Shown in pieces: positions 40,379 through 54,573 of a stretch of 64,000 nt of DNA. Numbering within the stretch: the first letter of the stretch is position 1; every line of letters starts with the position of its first letter. A program made the position numbers and the translations under genes. Under the pieces are notes generated by a model. It searched no databases. It was not told the DNA's origin and saw nothing but the letters and a program-made list of their open reading frames with translations. The DNA comes from Eledone cirrhosa (Eukaryota). The stretch covers positions 248,868,001 to 248,932,000 of the forward strand of contig OZ024740.1 in the NCBI GenBank assembly GCA_964016885.1, given 5' to 3'.

Positions 40379-40723
40379 GCAAATGCAACGTCTCTCTTCG
40401 TTAAACATTTAGAAGTATAAATTCGTGTTCATTTGTTTTGGAATTACGAAGCAATTTTTCATGAGAGAGGTCAGAGAGAAGGCACTCTCTTTCTCTCTTA
40501 ATACTTACTTTCCTCTCCTCCCTCTCCCACTTCCATGATCATTGCTACAATAGCGTAGCATTGTCTCACACTCACATGTACCTTCGCTGACAAGCATACA
40601 CATACAGTATCTCTCTTTCCCGCTATCTCTCTGTTTGTGCAGGCTCTATTTCAATTTCTTCTACTCTGATACAAACTCTCTCTCACTCATTACCATTGTG
40701 GAACTGATATACAAATATTATAT

Positions 40724-40912
40724 AGGGTGGATTGGCAGTATCGGTAGAGAGTCGGACACCATGCTTTGACGCATAGAGTTACGGCCCTTGCCATTCTGAG
40801 TTCAAATCCCGCCGAGGTTAACTTTGCCTTTCATCCTTACGGGGTCGATAAAAATAAAGTACCAGTAATGTACTGGGTAATTGCGGCCTTGTGCCTATAA
40901 TAGAAACAATTA
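40724..40912 (+). mobile_element. tRNA-derived SINE
   Basis: Full-length match to 2184-2372. Confidence 0.9.
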
Positions 40913-41257
40913 TATAAATTAACTATCTGCAAATATTATATAGATTAACATATAAATGGCTGAGTATTCCACAGACATGAACACAACACAATTTTAAAGC
41001 CAAATTAGTGAATGGATGTAGAAAGAGATGTGTTCACTCAATGTCTTGACAAGACTAACATTATCTATTGTAGTGTGTGATAAAAAATAACATTTTAATA
41101 ATAAAAATAAAATTCATAAAAGAGCCAAAAACAAATTTTGAAAATTTGTTTAGAAACTGCAGAGACAACTTCTATACCTATAAAATGTGTGTGTATGTGC
41201 CTATACATGTTTATCTATGTATATAAACAAACTCCATAGTCTTCGCTGTGAGAATGA

Positions 41258-41295
<38 letters not shown>

Positions 41296-41399
41296 TCCAT
41301 ATTCTTTTGTTTATATATTTACAATGAAGTTAATATCATTGTTATATTATTATTTACATTTGAGTAAAACTTGCACTGAAATTGCACTTGTCAAACATG

Positions 41400-44300
41400 A
41401 ATTCAGTATGCCTCTGCTAACTACCCAGAAGTGGAAGTGGACTGACAAGATGGACACGAAATGCCAATTATTAGTAAGATATATATCTTCCACCCACACA
41501 TCACCCAATGCCTCCAACCTCCACCCAAAACTGTCCATCCAAACTCCTCCCTCCACCACTGAACGTTTCCTCCTCAGTAGAGGCCTGCACTTCATACCCT
41601 ACAACACTCGAGCAAATATTGAATGGTTCCTGCACTAAATTGTAGGCGCATTTCCATAGTACACCAATGCTTCCAGGCCCTGGATCTGCGACCATCTCAT
41701 TGGTCACGAACACCTGGACAGTTTAGTAGCACCCTGGATGCTTTTGTTGATGCCTGCCATAACATCACGACCCAGTTCAACTTCCGTAAACACTCTCAAC
41801 AGAACAAACTCTCTTGGGTAGAACTCTGTTCCCTTTGAAACCGTGACATCATCGTCATCAAAGGATGCACAAGGATGGCTCTATGATGGAGGCTCTATGA
41901 CTGCTTCGTAACCACCCCTCTTATACAGTCCCCTCCCCTCTGATCCCACTCATGAATAACAGTAATAGATATGCTCCACCATACAACTCGTCACTGCCTC
42001 TCTCCTATCCTCCACAGCCACTAATTTCATTGTTTGCACACTATGCACCCCCACTATCTATTTCCTCCCTCAAATCCGCAAACCCGATACCCCTGGCTGC
42101 CCTATTGTCTCTGCCTGTAACTGCCCCACCGAACTCATCTCTGACTATCTCGACTCCATCCTCACAACTCTAGTATCCGCCCTCCCCTCCAACATATCCG
42201 ACACCAACCACACCCTTCGCCACTCTTTGACTCCTTTACCTTTCAACCCTCTCCTCTTCACTCATGATATCAAATTCTTCTACACGGTTATCCCCCATGC
42301 CGATGGTCTGTGTGCCCTCCAAACCTCCTTGATCTTTGCCCCTCCACTTTACCCTCCACCTTCACCCTCATCCACCTTGCTTAGCTGGTCCTCACCCTCA
42401 ACTGCTTTTCCTTCTTGGATGAGTTCTACCAACAGGTTACTGGGGTGGCTATGGGCACAAGAATGGGCCCCAGCTACACCAACCTATACATTGAGGCCCA
42501 AATCTTTGCCCAATATACCGGCCCCATCCCTGAGCTTTACAGTCGTTATATTGATGACTGTATCAGCGCCACCTCACTCATCCAAGAACAGCTCGACTCT
42601 TATCTCTTTCCTTTGCTTCTTCCACCCTGCACTCGACTTCTCCATCTCCACCACCTCCGTTCAATTCTTGGACATTTCCATTGACCCCCTCCTATCACTC
42701 TCTCATCACTTCTGTCATCTTTAAACCCACTGACTCCCACTCCTACTCAATTTCACCTCCTCCCACCCCACCCATACCAAACACTTCATTCGCTAGTCCC
42801 AATTTCTCTAACTCCCACCTATGTAGCCGAACCCAGAACCTGGGCATTTCACTTGGTGAGGTTACCCTCCCCCCACTCGCTTGTCTACACTGCTCTCACC
42901 TGCGTCTGCGATGTCGACCACACCACCCTACACCCACAGCCCTCACTAACCAACTCCCTTTCCCCCTTATTAACCACCCTTCCACCTTTCCCTTCCATCA
43001 GTGGCTCCTTCGGCTTTTTTGCCACCTCCGGTCGGACCTTTCCCACTCCTATCCTTCCCCTCTTTCAAGCAAAGAAGCAATCTCTGAAACATCCTGGTCT
43101 ACAGCTCCGTTCCTCCCCCCAATTATTCCCCCTGAATCCCTTCCCTGTTCCTGACCCTCCTGCCACAGTTGCCACTACATCACCAACATCACAATCATCT
43201 GTGGGCCTAACTGCCAATCCTTCCAAGTCCGAGACTCCTTCTGCTGCACCTCCTCCAATCTTTTCAACAGGGTCCACTGCACTCTATGTGGAGTTGCCGA
43301 CATCAGACAGACTGGGTGTTGATTGGTGGACTGGTTCACCGAGCACCTCTGGGATATCCGGCTCGGCAGCCAGTCACCAGTTGCTTAACATCGCCACTCT
43401 GCCAGACACTTCTATTGCAACCTCACCATCTGTGGTTTTATTGCATGCTCTGCAGCCCTGGACATGAAAAATGTCCAATTTTCTTTCTCCAGACCTGGAC
43501 CGGTAATGGTCTATAATCCATACCTCTCTTCCTTTATCTCTTCACATGTGCACCCACCCTTAGTCATCCACATGTTCCACCTCTCCACCACCAACCCACA
43601 CATACACCCGCACACCTATACCAGTTACCCTATACCACAACCACCCCCTCTTTGCCTTCATCTCGCCATCAACTAATTACTAATGGACCACCACCACCCA
43701 GCCTCACCCTCTACTTACATTACTAACCTCCTACCCCCCCACTCCACCACTCTACCACCCACACACATATATCCTACACCACTAACAACCTACAACCTGA
43801 CTACCACCACTTTCACCCAGACATCACCATACACAAACACACACACATGCTCACTAACACATGCACCATCTCTCCAACAACACACCCACACTAACACTTT
43901 ACCTGTTCCATATGATCCTCAGTTAACCCCATTAACTGCACTAACTAATGGACCCACCATCCTCAACTAATACGTTCCACCAGCCATCTACCTTCACTCC
44001 CTATCACCAATACAGACCCACCCTACATCCCACTCACAAACGTACACACATACATAGAGTAATCCATCACACATGCAGAAATACACACACACGCACTCAC
44101 ACACACAAATGTACATACTCATCTGACACACATGCGAAAATAGACACTCACATACATAGAAACAATAGAAAAAAGTCATATATAAACAGACACACACACA
44201 GACATACCCAAACGCACATACAAAAGCTTCCCTCTACAGATAATACAAAGCCACCAACATACGTGCAGACACACATACACACGCTCATCTGACACACACA

Positions 44301-44780
44301 CAAATGTATGCACTCACATACATAGAAACAATAGAACCCTCACTCACATGCACACACATGCACAAAAAATTAAGAACTCACAGACATACACACACCAACA
44401 ATATAAGTCTCTAAGACACCCACGTGTTCACACACACACACAGACTGCAGCAATGCACACACAGCAATTTCATCCGTTTGGCACACACACAACCACACTC
44501 ATGACACCCCTGTAACCTTCACTTCTGCCCTCACTGCCAAGGCTGGACTGTTCAACTACCAGCTCCAACTTATCAATCTCTTCCCAATACCGTTTCCCTA
44601 ACTCCTTTCCTAACTTTCACACACTACTTTCATACATCTACCTGTTCTCTCCCTATCAGAACATTCCTGATGAAGAACTTCTGTCTGAAACACGAGCCTC
44701 CTCCAGTTCCTCCATGTATTGACTTAACATAACAGTGTATTTTTGCATCCGTGTGTTTGTTTTGATTCCTTTATTAACTA
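41400..44780 (+). mobile_element. Heavily degenerate PLE (RT plus GIY-YIG), CA-rich 3' region and decayed HHR
   Basis: IYFLPQIRK..TPGCPIVS, DIKFFYTVIPHADGL, FYQQVTGVAMGTRMGPSY, RYIDD, FLDISI, KPTDSHSY; endonuclease remnant ~43130-43400; CTGATGA-agaacttctgtct-GAAA at 44667-44690. Confidence 0.85.
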
Positions 44781-44816
44781 TATATATATATATGTATCAG
44801 CATATATATATATATG

Positions 44817-45432
44817 CATCATCAGCATCGTTTAATGTCCATCCTCCATGCTAGCATGGGTTTGACGGTTTTGTTCCATTTGATGTGGGATTGGTCGAGA
44901 GACTGTCTCGCTCGTACGGAAGTGTCTCTGGGAGGTTTTCTACGGCTGGATGCCCCTCCTAACATCAACCACCTTTACAGTGTGGACTGGGAGCCTTTAT
45001 ACCGTGTCTCTTACATGACCACCTTACAGTGTGGACTGGGTGCGTTTTGTTGTGTCATCGACGCAGTAGACGGAAATGGGACGATGGGGTGGGGGTGGGT
45101 GGTATATTGGGTTAAGAGGTGCCCACTGACTGTAGGTTTGTATGCAAGGGAAGGTGGGTCTTCCTTACAACTGCATGGCGCCAAAGGCCTCGATCCAGTG
45201 ACATTGTCTTAGAGAGGTGTAAGTGTGCAAGGTCAGATTTTATCACCTTATTCCAGGTTTTTCTTGGTCGACACACTCCGAGCTTCCATCAATTTTCATT
45301 GCTTTGCACTTTTGTATATAGCTGTCATGCTTCATATGCATCACATGACCATACCAACGCAATCTCCTCTCCAGAACACAACATTTGATACCTCTTATGC
45401 TTAGTCTCTCTCTCAATTCGTTTATGCTTCCC
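44817..45432 (-). mobile_element. RTE LINE 3' fragment
   Basis: ERRLRWYGHVMHMK; 3' UTR with ggctggatgccc.tcctaac motif; (cat)-like tail. Confidence 0.85.
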
Positions 45433-45532
45433 CGTTCACGCACATTACTATTACACATCCATCGGAGCATGCAAGCTTCATTTCTTTCTAATATATATAT
45501 ATACTCATCAAAATAGTTGATAGCTTTTGTTA

Positions 45533-46085
45533 TCGGAGGACCAATCGGCTGTGGAGGTGGCTGTACAGAAAGCACAGTTGTGAGAGTGGGAATGGGTTGG
45601 AGGGGGGTTCAAGGAGCTGCTGTCACTGCTAACTACAAAAAGTCTTTAACTCAAGATAAAAAGCAAGCTGTACGATGTCTGTGTGCACTCAGCAATGCTA
45701 CATGGTTGCAAAACATAGGCTCTGTGCGCTGAGGACCTGCAGAGACTGGAGGGAAGTGGGGCCTATACGATCAGATGGACGTGTAACAGAAGTGTACATG
45801 AGTGGCAAAGTGTAAATGTATTAAGAGTGAAACTAGGTATAAGAGGGATCAGATACTGTGTGCAAGACAGGAGACTACGGTGGTAAGGTCACGCAATGCG
45901 CATGAAGGATGACAGCTGCTTAAAGAGGTGAAGGGCTTCGAAAGTTGCCGGAGGCACCAAGAGAGGAAAACCCAGAAAGACAAGGGATGAAACGATAAGG
46001 GTGGATCTGACTCATCTAAATCTAATTGGGATGACAGAGTACGGAGTTCTCTGGCGCTACAACATTCGACAAAAGACTCGTGTCA
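45533..46085 (+). mobile_element. Degenerate RTE LINE C-terminal fragment
   Basis: GGGCTESTVVRVGMGW, LYDVCVHSAMLHG, RRLRW*GHAMRMKDDSC. Confidence 0.8.
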
Positions 46086-46159
46086 ACAATTTAACTCCTG
46101 GATTTGGCTCAAAACGGCACCACCCAGCCCCACACCGCAAACACGGTTAATGGCAGGTA

Positions 46160-46800
46160 TACGAGGGATTCATTGCGGTCATCCAGTGTGGAGCTCTAAA
46201 AGTATGATTCTGCTGTTTGAAGGTTTCAGCGTGGCCATCAGGCCTGTCCCTCCTCATAGCGGTGTCATCCAGTGCTAGGCTCCAAGCCTTGGGACTGCTG
46301 TGAGATGGAGTTGGCACAGCCACTGGCCTGTACCTCCTCGCAGCAGAGCCATGTGGCAGCTAACACCTGAACTAAGGGTCCGTTGTTTGAAGAGTTTGGC
46401 GCGGCCAACTGGCCTGTCTCTCCTCATAGCGGTGTCACCCAGTTCCAGGTTTCCAAAACCTGGTCCACAGTGAGAAGGATGAATTGCCTTTCCTTCCCCA
46501 CAGTGTAGTTCATGAGCAGTAAATGCGGTTCCTGAGATGTAGGCCTGCTGTGCGAAGGGTTTGGTGCGGCAAACAGGCCTGTACCGCCGCATAGCAGTGT
46601 CATCCAGTGCCCAGCTTTGAAATTGGGGTTCCGCTGGGAGAAGAGTTCGGCACTGCCAACTGGCCTGTCCCTCCTCAATGTGGTGTCATCCAGTGGCAGG
46701 CTCTGAAACTGTGGTTCCACTGTGATATGGGTTCGGCATAGCCAACTGGCCTTTTCCTCCTCCTAGTGGAAGTGCCCGACTCCGAAACTGGGGTTCCATT
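46160..46800. repeat. Degenerate GC-rich ~85-bp tandem repeat (~7 units)
   Basis: Core ggcctgtccctcctcatagcggtgtcatccagtg recurs at ~46241, 46325, 46410, 46575, 46661 and 46747. Confidence 0.8.
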
Positions 46801-47766
46801 GTAAGATACATATATATATGTGGGGTGTATATATTTAATTTTGAAATGTACAACTCTTCAGTCATCATCCTCAGCTACAATATGGTTAAGTGCACCAGAA
46901 TAACAACATACATTTTATTATTAATAGCCTATACAATATCTTACATAGTACATTTTTGACTCATGGAATGATATGTTTGCCACCCAATATAGAATGATTC
47001 CATCAGTGTTATTAATCTATTCAGTGTTTAAAAAGTGACAACATTTTTATTGTAAGGACATTTGACTGTTATTTTTAGTAGACTGAACAACCACGTACAG
47101 GTTTCCTCAGTGGTAATTAGTGCTGACGAAAGTTTACATTCTTTGTGATCATGGAAATCCCTTCGTTCTTTGTTTTGTCGTTTTTTAATTTTTTTCTTTT
47201 AGCTACTGTTATGTTCTAAATGTTGTGTTAGATAAAAGATTGTTTAGTTCTACAACATACTTGGTAATTATTTTAGTCATACATAAATATACATACACAT
47301 CAACCAACAAATACTAAATGGAGATGCTTGTATATTTGCTTCTTCTTTTTATTTTTATTTTTCTGCACACATACTTTTTTGTTCTATACAAAAAATACCT
47401 TACCACTACAACCACCATAATAATCTTGCTTACCCGCTTAAAGTGCTTGCATTACATGTAACACCCTGCCACACAATAATAGTATAAAAATGAGACACAC
47501 TTGCATGTTCCACGTGTAACTAACGCATACACTACCTACTAGACCTGACTATCAAACTATCCTCTTGCATTATCTGTGTTATCTGCCGAATGTATTTTAA
47601 TTTTTATTTTAATTTTGATATTGATTTTGATTTTGAATTTGAATTGCTGTACAAAAATAGTATAGTATAATATATGCCACTCCACTCTACATCAATATAT
47701 ATATATGTATCTGTATGTCTCTTGCGTTGGAAAGGAGGTCAATTATGTGTACAAACATTGAAAAAT

Positions 47767-47811
47767 GCTCCGAAGACTCCAAGCCTAGGTTTGGATGAAA
47801 CAATTGTAAGT
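47767..47811 (+). ncRNA. Hammerhead-like motif with variant core (CCGAAGA) in the 5' pseudo-LTR
   Basis: GCU-CCGAAGA-c-UCCAAGC(cuag)GUUUGGA-u-GAAA-CAAUUG-UA-AGU; second copy at 51993-52037 has CAAUUC. Confidence 0.6.
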
Positions 47812-48062
47812 GAATAAATGCTTTGAACATAGCTTTGATTCTTGTGAATTCTATATAACTGCTCTGTAGAACAACTGTTGTTATTACATTGAGCTATTTA
47901 TCTTACTGGTAATAAGGTAGTAATAAATTACTGACCTTCACTGTTTAGGGTTTAAAATATACATAACTATAAAAAGTTTTAATATATACATAACCATAAA
48001 TAGTATCCCTAATATTATTAACTGCTCCACACTGTTGAGCTAACATACATTAAATTACCAGT

Positions 48063-50513
48063 ATGCTGATCAAAGACCAACTTCCTATGTCAACCAAGAA
48101 CATACCAATACCATCCAAGGATACATACGAGAAATTATTGATCAATAGTGTCAACTCCTTTATCAATAGAGTGAGATGGAGGACATTCCATTATGATAAA
48201 AACAAATCTAACAAAATTGATAATACTAACAAATTCGACTCCTTCGGCTTTAAAACTTTTAGAAGCCCCCCTCACAACACACTACTAAACTCCTTTGAAA
48301 ATGACCTAATAAAACTAGTTAAGAACATTAAATGCAAAAAGCATCGTAATAGAAACAACACCTTCTTAAACAAACTTAACTCCTCTATTAAGGGATTCAA
48401 AACAAGTAGTAAAATTATTGTGCATGCGGACAAAACTAATAACATATACAGCCTAGATTATGATACATATAGAAAGTTTATATATGGTGAACTACATAAG
48501 AGCTACAAGAAAACTACTATGAAAAACCTAGAAGATATTAATATAGAAGGCTGTAATATAGTGTCCAAACTAGGACTTCAGAGACATACACAACCATACA
48601 CTCCAAACCCCCCTAGATTTTCCCTGAAGGACCATAAGGAGGATTTCATTAGTAACCCCTCGATTAGACTAATCTGCCCTTCCAAGTCTGACATTGGCAT
48701 TATCAGTAAGAACATTTTAGATAAAATCATCCCACAGATTAAACACAAAATATACCTTAAACAATGGGAAAATACGGGTGAAGTTATTGAATGGTTTAAA
48801 GATATCAAGGAAAACAAAAATAAAAAATTTATTCAATTTGATATCAATTCATACTACACCTATTTCCCCTATCCTATTAAATAAGGCACTAATTATGACC
48901 ATGAACAATAGTGACCTGACTAGGCCCCAGATTGATGTCATACTTGCGGCCCGTAAAACTGTAATCACTTTTGAGGACCAGTTATGGACCTGCAAGGATA
49001 CGCATAGCAACTTCGACATAACCATGGGATCTAGTGACTCGGCGCAGGTCACCGATTTGGTGGGCCTATACTTACTAAACGAAATCCATAAGGACCTTCC
49101 ATACCTCAACGGTGGTTTGTACCGCGATGATGCACTTCTCCTTATAGACTATAACAAATTTAATATAAAAAGAACTAGAAAACGATTGCACAAGACTTTC
49201 AAAAACTATAACCTAAGTATCACCAGAGACAAAAACACTAAAAACGTTAACTTCCTAGATACCACCCTTTACCTAGACTCTAAGATATATACACCATTCC
49301 ATAAACCCAACGAAAAACTGATTTACGTAGATACCAAGTCTAACCACCCTAGATCAATATTAAGCTCTATCTCTAAAGGAATATCCAATAGAATCTCTAA
49401 TCTATCTTATGACGAAACCGTATTTAGCAAAAACTCACAATACTATAATCAGGCATTAGCTAGATCAGGCCATAATAATGAGATCGAGTTCCTACCTATA
49501 AAAACACATAGTTACAACATTATTTCACACAATATGTCCATGAGGAAAAATAGTAATAAGAATAATAACCACACACACACTAGTACGAAGGGTGGCAACA
49601 AACGTAACCCACACCAGGGAGGACACCAAAATACCATAAACGGAAGCATCTCACCAGACATAAAAAACAAAAATAGAAGAAGAAATAATACATTTTTCAA
49701 CCCCCTTTTCAATCTAAACGTCTCTACCAACCTACCTAAGGCTTTCTTCTCACTTCTAGATAAAAACTTCCCATCTGGCCACAAGTACCATAGTCTTATA
49801 AATAAAAACACCATTAAAATCTCCTACTCTACCACACCTAACATAGCACACCACATAGCTAGTAGCAATAAAAGAAAAATTAATACTTACTTCCAACAAA
49901 CTAAAACACAGCAGGGGGTAAACCTTCAAAACAACGTAATACCTGCAAACCCTAATATCAATAGTAATAATAGCACTAGTGAAAGCAATAACGCTAGGAG
50001 CGACTACCCCATAGCCATAATGCAATACCTAGCAACCAGACTTCTACACAACAAAATAACCGGCAGGTTAACATCCAAAATAATTGTAACTGTAGATCTA
50101 ATAGAACCTGCTCTTTAGATATAAACTGCTTAATCAAGGACATCATATACTCATGCACCGTCAGAACTAGCAACTTTTCTGAAACCTATACGGGCTCTAC
50201 TTTGAACTGCTTCAAAACCAGATACAATTCACACCTCCATTCTTTCAAAAAACACAGTCTAGCCAACTCCACTTCACTATCTAGCTACATACACTATCTA
50301 AAAACTAGAAATAGATCTTATACACTTCAATGGGAAGTCATAGGTAAGGCGGCATCGTACAAACCACCTAATAAATTCTGTAGCATCTGTCTACTAGAGA
50401 CCCATACTATAATCTTCTCGAACCTTAATCTCCTTAATAAAAAATCGGAAGTGTTTGCGTCGTGCCAGCACCGTTTCCGGCACTCCTTCCAAAACTTTAA
50501 ACCCAATGTATAA
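48063..50513 (+). pseudogene. PLE polyprotein (RT plus GIY-YIG endonuclease), two frameshifts
   Basis: KNIPIPSK..Y..LI, ADKTNNIY, LKDHKEDF..NPSIRLICP.KS, FIQFDI, FDITMGS.DSAQV, GLYRDD, NFLD, CNC-x5-C, IIY...YTG, FKTRYNSH, CSICLLE, LLNKKSE; frameshifts near 48860 and ~50030-50060. Confidence 0.92.
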
Positions 50514-52705
50514 CAATGTCGGACTTGAACCCATCACCACTTCTAACTCCACACCTCAAGGGCACACCTTATACCACAACTCCACACTCTCTGATCCACC
50601 CTATCTCGACACAAATCATTCCATCTATCTATAACTTTATACCCTAGAAATATCCCCATAAACACCTACTTTTAATATAACTACTTTCAATTACTTATAA
50701 TTATATAATGATACAATACAGTCTATATAAACTTTAAATACTAGATACGGCAATGAATTATTTATGCATTTGTAATTAAATGTATGGAGTGATAACATTG
50801 GATATATATAAGATTAATTTTAACATAAGAGATCTGTCTAACTTATATGTAGGGTGCTGCAATGAATTATGTAAGAATTATATATGGATTATATATGCAA
50901 GTATAACTTGATGGATAGATTTGACATTGTAAATGGGGGATGTATTTGTCTGCACTAGAGATGTATTTTGTTTTGCCATGCAAACAGCCATATGCTGCTC
51001 CATAACTTGCCAGGGGTTATGTAGACAAAATTCTAATAGGTCCCCTGATATGTTCTGAGAGTAGACTGCATTTACAGTGAACTTTGATATAAAGATATGG
51101 CACTTTGTATGGGAAATTCAATTGTAGCACTGTATGATAGGGAGTAATCAACTTAGTATAGATACCTTTAGTACATCATGATAGAGTAGACTGTATTTAA
51201 AATTGGAAACTAGATATAAATCTATAACCGTCTATATAAGGGACTCAATTGAGGCGCCTTATAATGTATGTTAGAACAATGAATTTAGTTATGAGATTCG
51301 ACTAGTTACCTCCCCTTACGCATTAACTCCCCTTAATTACACACATACTTCCGGGTAATAAACCGCTGTAAATTCTCGCAGCAGAATCAACCTATTCTAT
51401 AAACTTGGATTAAATAACACTGAGCCTCAATACGCTAAAATAATTTAATTTAATGCATCAAACATCCAATACGGAATCATCGTTACTTATGTGATGGATG
51501 TAGAAACTATATCTTACTTTTTCTGAATGTGAAAATGATGGTGGATACGAAAACCATAACTTTCTTTTGTTTCTTCTTTTTCTTTTTATTTTTCTGCACA
51601 CATACTTTTTTGTTCTATACAAAAAATACCTTATCACTACAACCACCATAATAATCTTGCTTTACCCGCTTAAAGTGCTTGCATTACGTGTAACACCCTG
51701 CCACACAATAATAGTATAAAAATGAGAGACACTTGCATGCTCCACGTGTCACTAACGCACACACTATCTACTAGACCTGACTATCAAACTATCCTCTTGC
51801 ATTATCTGTGTTATCTGCCGAATGTATTTTAATTTTTATTTTAATTTTAACTTTGATTTTGATTTTGAATTTCTGTACAAAAATAGTATAGTATAATATA
51901 TGCCACTCCACTCTACATCAATATATATATATGTATCTGTATGTCTCTTGCGTTGGAAAGGAGGTCAATTATGTGTACAAACATTGAAAAATGCTCCGAA
52001 GACTCCAAGCCTAGGTTTGGATGAAACAATTCTAAGTGAATAAATGCTTTGAACATAGCTTTGATTCTTGTGAATTCTCTCTCTCTATATATATACATGT
52101 TTAGTAAAGGGAAAAATATATATAATTCGAATGTATGTCGATTGCCATGGAACTGACACACACAGTGGCATTCGAACGATTGTTATTGTGTGTGTAGCAC
52201 CGCCACCTTCCACCGACCAATAAGTGACCAGGCAGACTACTACCATACGACTATACTACACTGCTAGTACCAAAAACCAGCACAGATAAATAGTACAATG
52301 GATTGACAGCTAATGCCATCCCTCTCCCACGATTAAAAGAACTGCTTTGACTTTTGCTTTACCGCACCTATTCCGCGCGCACGTGCGCTCTGCAGAATAC
52401 CTCAGTTAGTCACAAACAGCGAAAAGCAGAGGACACGTACCGTTCCTCTCCAACAGATAACTTTCTCCCTCTGGAAAAGCCCCAGTTGATGGATGCGAAT
52501 CCAAAATATAGGGACAATTAAATCTCTCCCAACTCTATCTCGTGTTATTATTTTTATTTTTTACGCTCTTTCCTACATTCATCTACACACTATACATCTC
52601 ATTCTACATTCCCTTACATCTCTCTCTTCACCACCGGATCCTGTTACCCGGAGACTTATCCATCTGCATTGTTGAGGCTTCCAAAACGACCCCAAAAAAT
52701 AAATC

Positions 52706-54196
<1,491 letters not shown>

Positions 54197-54573
54197 TCAT
54201 CATCGTTTAACGTCCATATTCCATGCTTGCATGGGTTTGGACGGGAGTTTTCCCACTTGAGGCAAGACTGGTTGTCTTGCTCGCATAGGACTATCTGACG
54301 GGTTTTCTACGGCTGGATGCCCTTCCTAACACCAACCACATTTACAGTGTGGAATTGGGAGGTTTTTACCGTGTTACCTACACGGCCACATTACAGCGTG
54401 GACTGTGTTTTTTTTGTCGTGACACCTACACGACCTCATTTGTTTCGGCCTGGATGTTGTGGTACCAACATAACTTTACATTGAAAGGGGCGGTGTGGAT
54501 GAGGTGGGGGTAGTGGGACGGGGGTGTATTTTGTTAGAGGTGCCAACTGACTGTAGTAGGTTTTACTTTGTAT

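Larger units (their letters stand above)
47340..52077 (+). mobile_element. Near full-length PLE with direct pseudo-LTRs (C-terminal GIY-YIG; probably Hydra-type clade)
   Basis: Direct repeats ~47340-47851 and ~51572-52077; ORF 48063-50513 in three frames; ~1-kb 3' UTR. Clade assignment is an inference from the KNIPIPS N-terminus and endonuclease motifs. Confidence 0.92.

Noticed and set aside
44667-44700. Active hammerhead in the old PLE 3' repeat
   Set aside because: The core is present but there is no UH site or stem I after GAAAC; treated as a decayed remnant.
46160-46800. CRISPR-like repeat/spacer appearance
   Set aside because: The context is eukaryotic with no cas genes; the repeats are degenerate and the intervening sequences resemble each other.
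47124-47165. CTGACGA...GAAA possible hammerhead
   Set aside because: I could not build a convincing stem II closing onto GAAA or a stem I.
48063-50513. Selenocysteine recoding as in Naiad PLEs
   Set aside because: The endonuclease is C-terminal rather than N-terminal, and the breaks are frameshifts, not in-frame TGA codons at Cys positions.
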